Source: Lama glama
Lineage: Eukaryota
Assembly (NCBI GenBank): GCA_028534125.1
Contig: CM052817.1
Coordinates: 9,240,001-9,304,000 of the forward strand
Length of the DNA: 64,000 nt
Direction: 5' to 3'
Below, piece after piece: positions 62,181 to 64,000 of the stretch. The notes beneath the pieces were generated by a model. The model worked only from the letters and a program-made list of their open reading frames with translations. It had not been told where the DNA came from and did not search any database. A program made the position numbers and the translations under genes. How positions within the stretch are numbered: the stretch's first letter is position 1; every line of letters begins with the position of its first letter.

Positions 62181-62689
62181 AAATACTGAATTTTTTTAAT
62201 GAAAAACCAGTGGGAAAAAAGGTTAAAAATCCTTAACTGACAAAGAGAACTTATAAATTAGTTTAAAAAAATAAAAGAGAGAAGAAAATACCAGCAGGGG
62301 AATATGCAAAAGATACAGACAGTTTAGGAAAACATAATGTCCAATATGCATACAATATGTTTATCCTAACCCTAATCAATAAAATACAAATACAAACAAC
62401 AGAATTCTGTTACCTTCCTGTCAAATGTTTATTTTACAGTTCTTTTCATTAGTCAAGTCTTAAGTTGTTTCTAGTTTGTTGTTATTGTTTTTGTTCGAAA
62501 TAATGCTGAAGAAAATACCGCTGTCTATTTTCTGCACACATGCAAGTATTTCAGTAGAAAACATTCAAAATACAGACTGTTGAGTAATTATTTTTTGCCG
62601 TGGGCAAGTCAAGCCCTTTAAACACTCAATTTTTCTCTCCTCTCCTCAAGAAAGGCAGAGCTCTTAGGCTGAGACAAAGGCAGTAACCT

Positions 62690-62830
62690 TTTACAGAGTA
62701 TTTGCCCTGTGCCAGACACTGTCTTAAATGCTTGTACTTGCATAATCTAATACTCACAGCTGTGAGGCAGGTTCTGTTGCCTTTCTCATCTCACAGATAT
62801 GGAAACTGAGGCTAAGAGGTTTAGCATTCA
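62690..62830 (-). mobile_element. MIR SINE
   Basis: 'tgtgccagacactgtcttaaatgc...tcacagatatggaaactgaggctaagagg'. Confidence 0.7.
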
Positions 62831-63523
62831 AAGCTGACTTGAGTCTGAGGTCTTCTACTGAGTCAGGCTTGCACAGTGGGACTTTGACTTCATATCTTAT
62901 AAATTTGCAGAAGTCTAGACATGCCCTTAATAAGATTATCCACAGTTCTGGTTTGTCTGTACCAATTACTTACAGGCAGGGTATGGCTCTCACCTGCAGT
63001 GGAGAAGCGTTGCCATGGTCAGTGGCTTTTGGGGCTGTGCCATCTCATAGGTGGTACTGGAGTGAGAGAACAGAGCTGTGAACTCTGTCTTCTGTGCCCT
63101 TCTCATTTCCCCTCATGGTCACTCCACCTCTGGAAATAGTAACACACAGGCTTTTAAAGATGTTATTTCAAGAAAGGTGAGGGTGGAATGTTTTGCAAAG
63201 CTATTAAGTGTCTTTCAAAAATAAATGCCCTCCAGTACATATATTCAGTAGATATATATAGTTCTCTTTAGAAAACATATTAAAATACAAGAGAATTATC
63301 AAACTAAGTGCTCATTTAATCACATGGTCAATTATGAATGAAACATCGTATGAAAAGATTAGTACCAGAACAAAATGATTTAATTCTTTTAATCTACTAT
63401 ATGGTAAAGCTATTACCCTGGGAAACTGCCTACTTTCTCTAGAATACTGTATGAACATTTTAAATCATTGCTAAAATGACTTCTGAAGCAGACTTAATGA
63501 GACATTTTTCTCTGTTTTTCTAG

Positions 63524-63751
63524 GTGGAGGTAAAGCCATATGTGCTAGATGACCAGATGTGTGATGAATGCCAGGGCGCACGCTGTGGTGGAAAATTTGC
63601 TCCCTTTTTTTGTGCCAATGTCACTTGCCTGCAGTATTACTGTGAGTTTTGTTGGGCAAATATCCACTCTCGTGCAGGACGTGAGTTCCATAAGCCATTG
63701 GTAAAGGAAGGCGCTGATCGCCCGCGTCAGATCCACTTCCGCTGGAACTAA
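63524..63751 (+). CDS. CPEB2: CPEB2 last coding exon (VEVKPYVLDDQMCDEC...HFRWN*; ZZ-type zinc finger)
   Basis: tttttctag|GTG GAG; Cys/His pattern CDEC...CANVTC...CEFCWANIH...H; stop TAA at 63749-63751. Confidence 0.99.
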   Translation: MEVKPYVLDDQMCDECQGARCGGKFAPFFCANVTCLQYYCEFCWANIHSRAGREFHKPLVKEGADRPRQIHFRWN

Positions 63752-64000
63752 GAATAGAAAACCGGCCTCTGTTTAACAAGGAAAGAAAGGGTGCATGTGG
63801 CTTACTGTGTCTGAAGATACTGACATGCAGAAGAAATAAGTGCATTCTTCTGCTTTCACCCCAGCTCTCAATACATGCATCTTTATCAGCAGCCAAAACA
63901 CTACAAGCCTCTTGTTTTTCACCAAAACCCTACATCTCAGGCTTACTAATTTTTGTGATATTTTCATGTTAAAATAAAATGTTTTTTTGTATTTTCTCCA
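63752..64000 (+). other. CPEB2: Start of the CPEB2 3'UTR with a proximal AATAAA
   Basis: Follows the stop codon; AATAAA at 63973-63978 followed by a U/GU-rich tract; runs off the window end. Confidence 0.85.

Noticed and set aside
6639..63139. Numerous 60-130 aa intronic ORFs in the track
   Set aside because: Mostly non-ATG starts, low complexity or lying inside L1, MLT, MER or SINE relics; only those overlapping true exons or L1 ORF2 have recognisable sequence.
2292..63523. HDV-like CPEB3-type self-cleaving ribozyme in an intron
   Set aside because: The known ribozyme lies in the paralog CPEB3. I saw no match to its sequence here by eye (the GGGGCTGCCACAG at ~7774 does not continue). A covariance-model search would be needed to exclude a diverged copy.
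63749..63757. Programmed stop-codon read-through
   Set aside because: The stop is TAA followed by GAA TAG, an immediate second in-frame stop, with no TGA-CTAG context.

Overview
Mammalian genomic DNA, not prokaryotic. The window holds the whole coding region of CPEB2 (cytoplasmic polyadenylation element-binding protein 2) on the + strand, from a CpG-island promoter to the first ~250 nt of the 3'UTR. I assembled 12 coding exons by hand from GT-AG boundaries and reading phase: 588-2291, 5195-5476, 6228-6317, 13589-13679, 29053-29103, 36018-36041, 49877-50047, 51639-51728, 56182-56300, 56580-56694, 58881-59062 and 63524-63751. They total 3147 nt, giving 1048 aa plus stop. The protein has a long P/Q/G-rich disordered N-terminus, two RRMs and a C-terminal ZZ-type zinc finger. 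Five exons (90, 91, 51, 24 and 90 nt) plus the 115-nt exon are absent from the ORF track. Introns carry L1, L2, MIR, MaLR LTR and hAT-Charlie relics, a decayed U6 retrocopy and four tRNA-derived SINEs resembling the camelid Vic-1 family, which suggests a camel or alpaca source. I found no wholly new gene system. The most interesting signals concern splicing and RNA regulation: the 24-nt ARSYGRRR microexon, a cassette exon that starts with a 5' splice site motif, AG|GT ratchet-like sites, a possible 3-nt microexon inside RNP1 of RRM1, a candidate intronic terminal exon giving an RRM-less isoform, and CPE-like motifs flanking a proximal poly(A) signal. Repeat family names come from recognition by eye and their boundaries are approximate.
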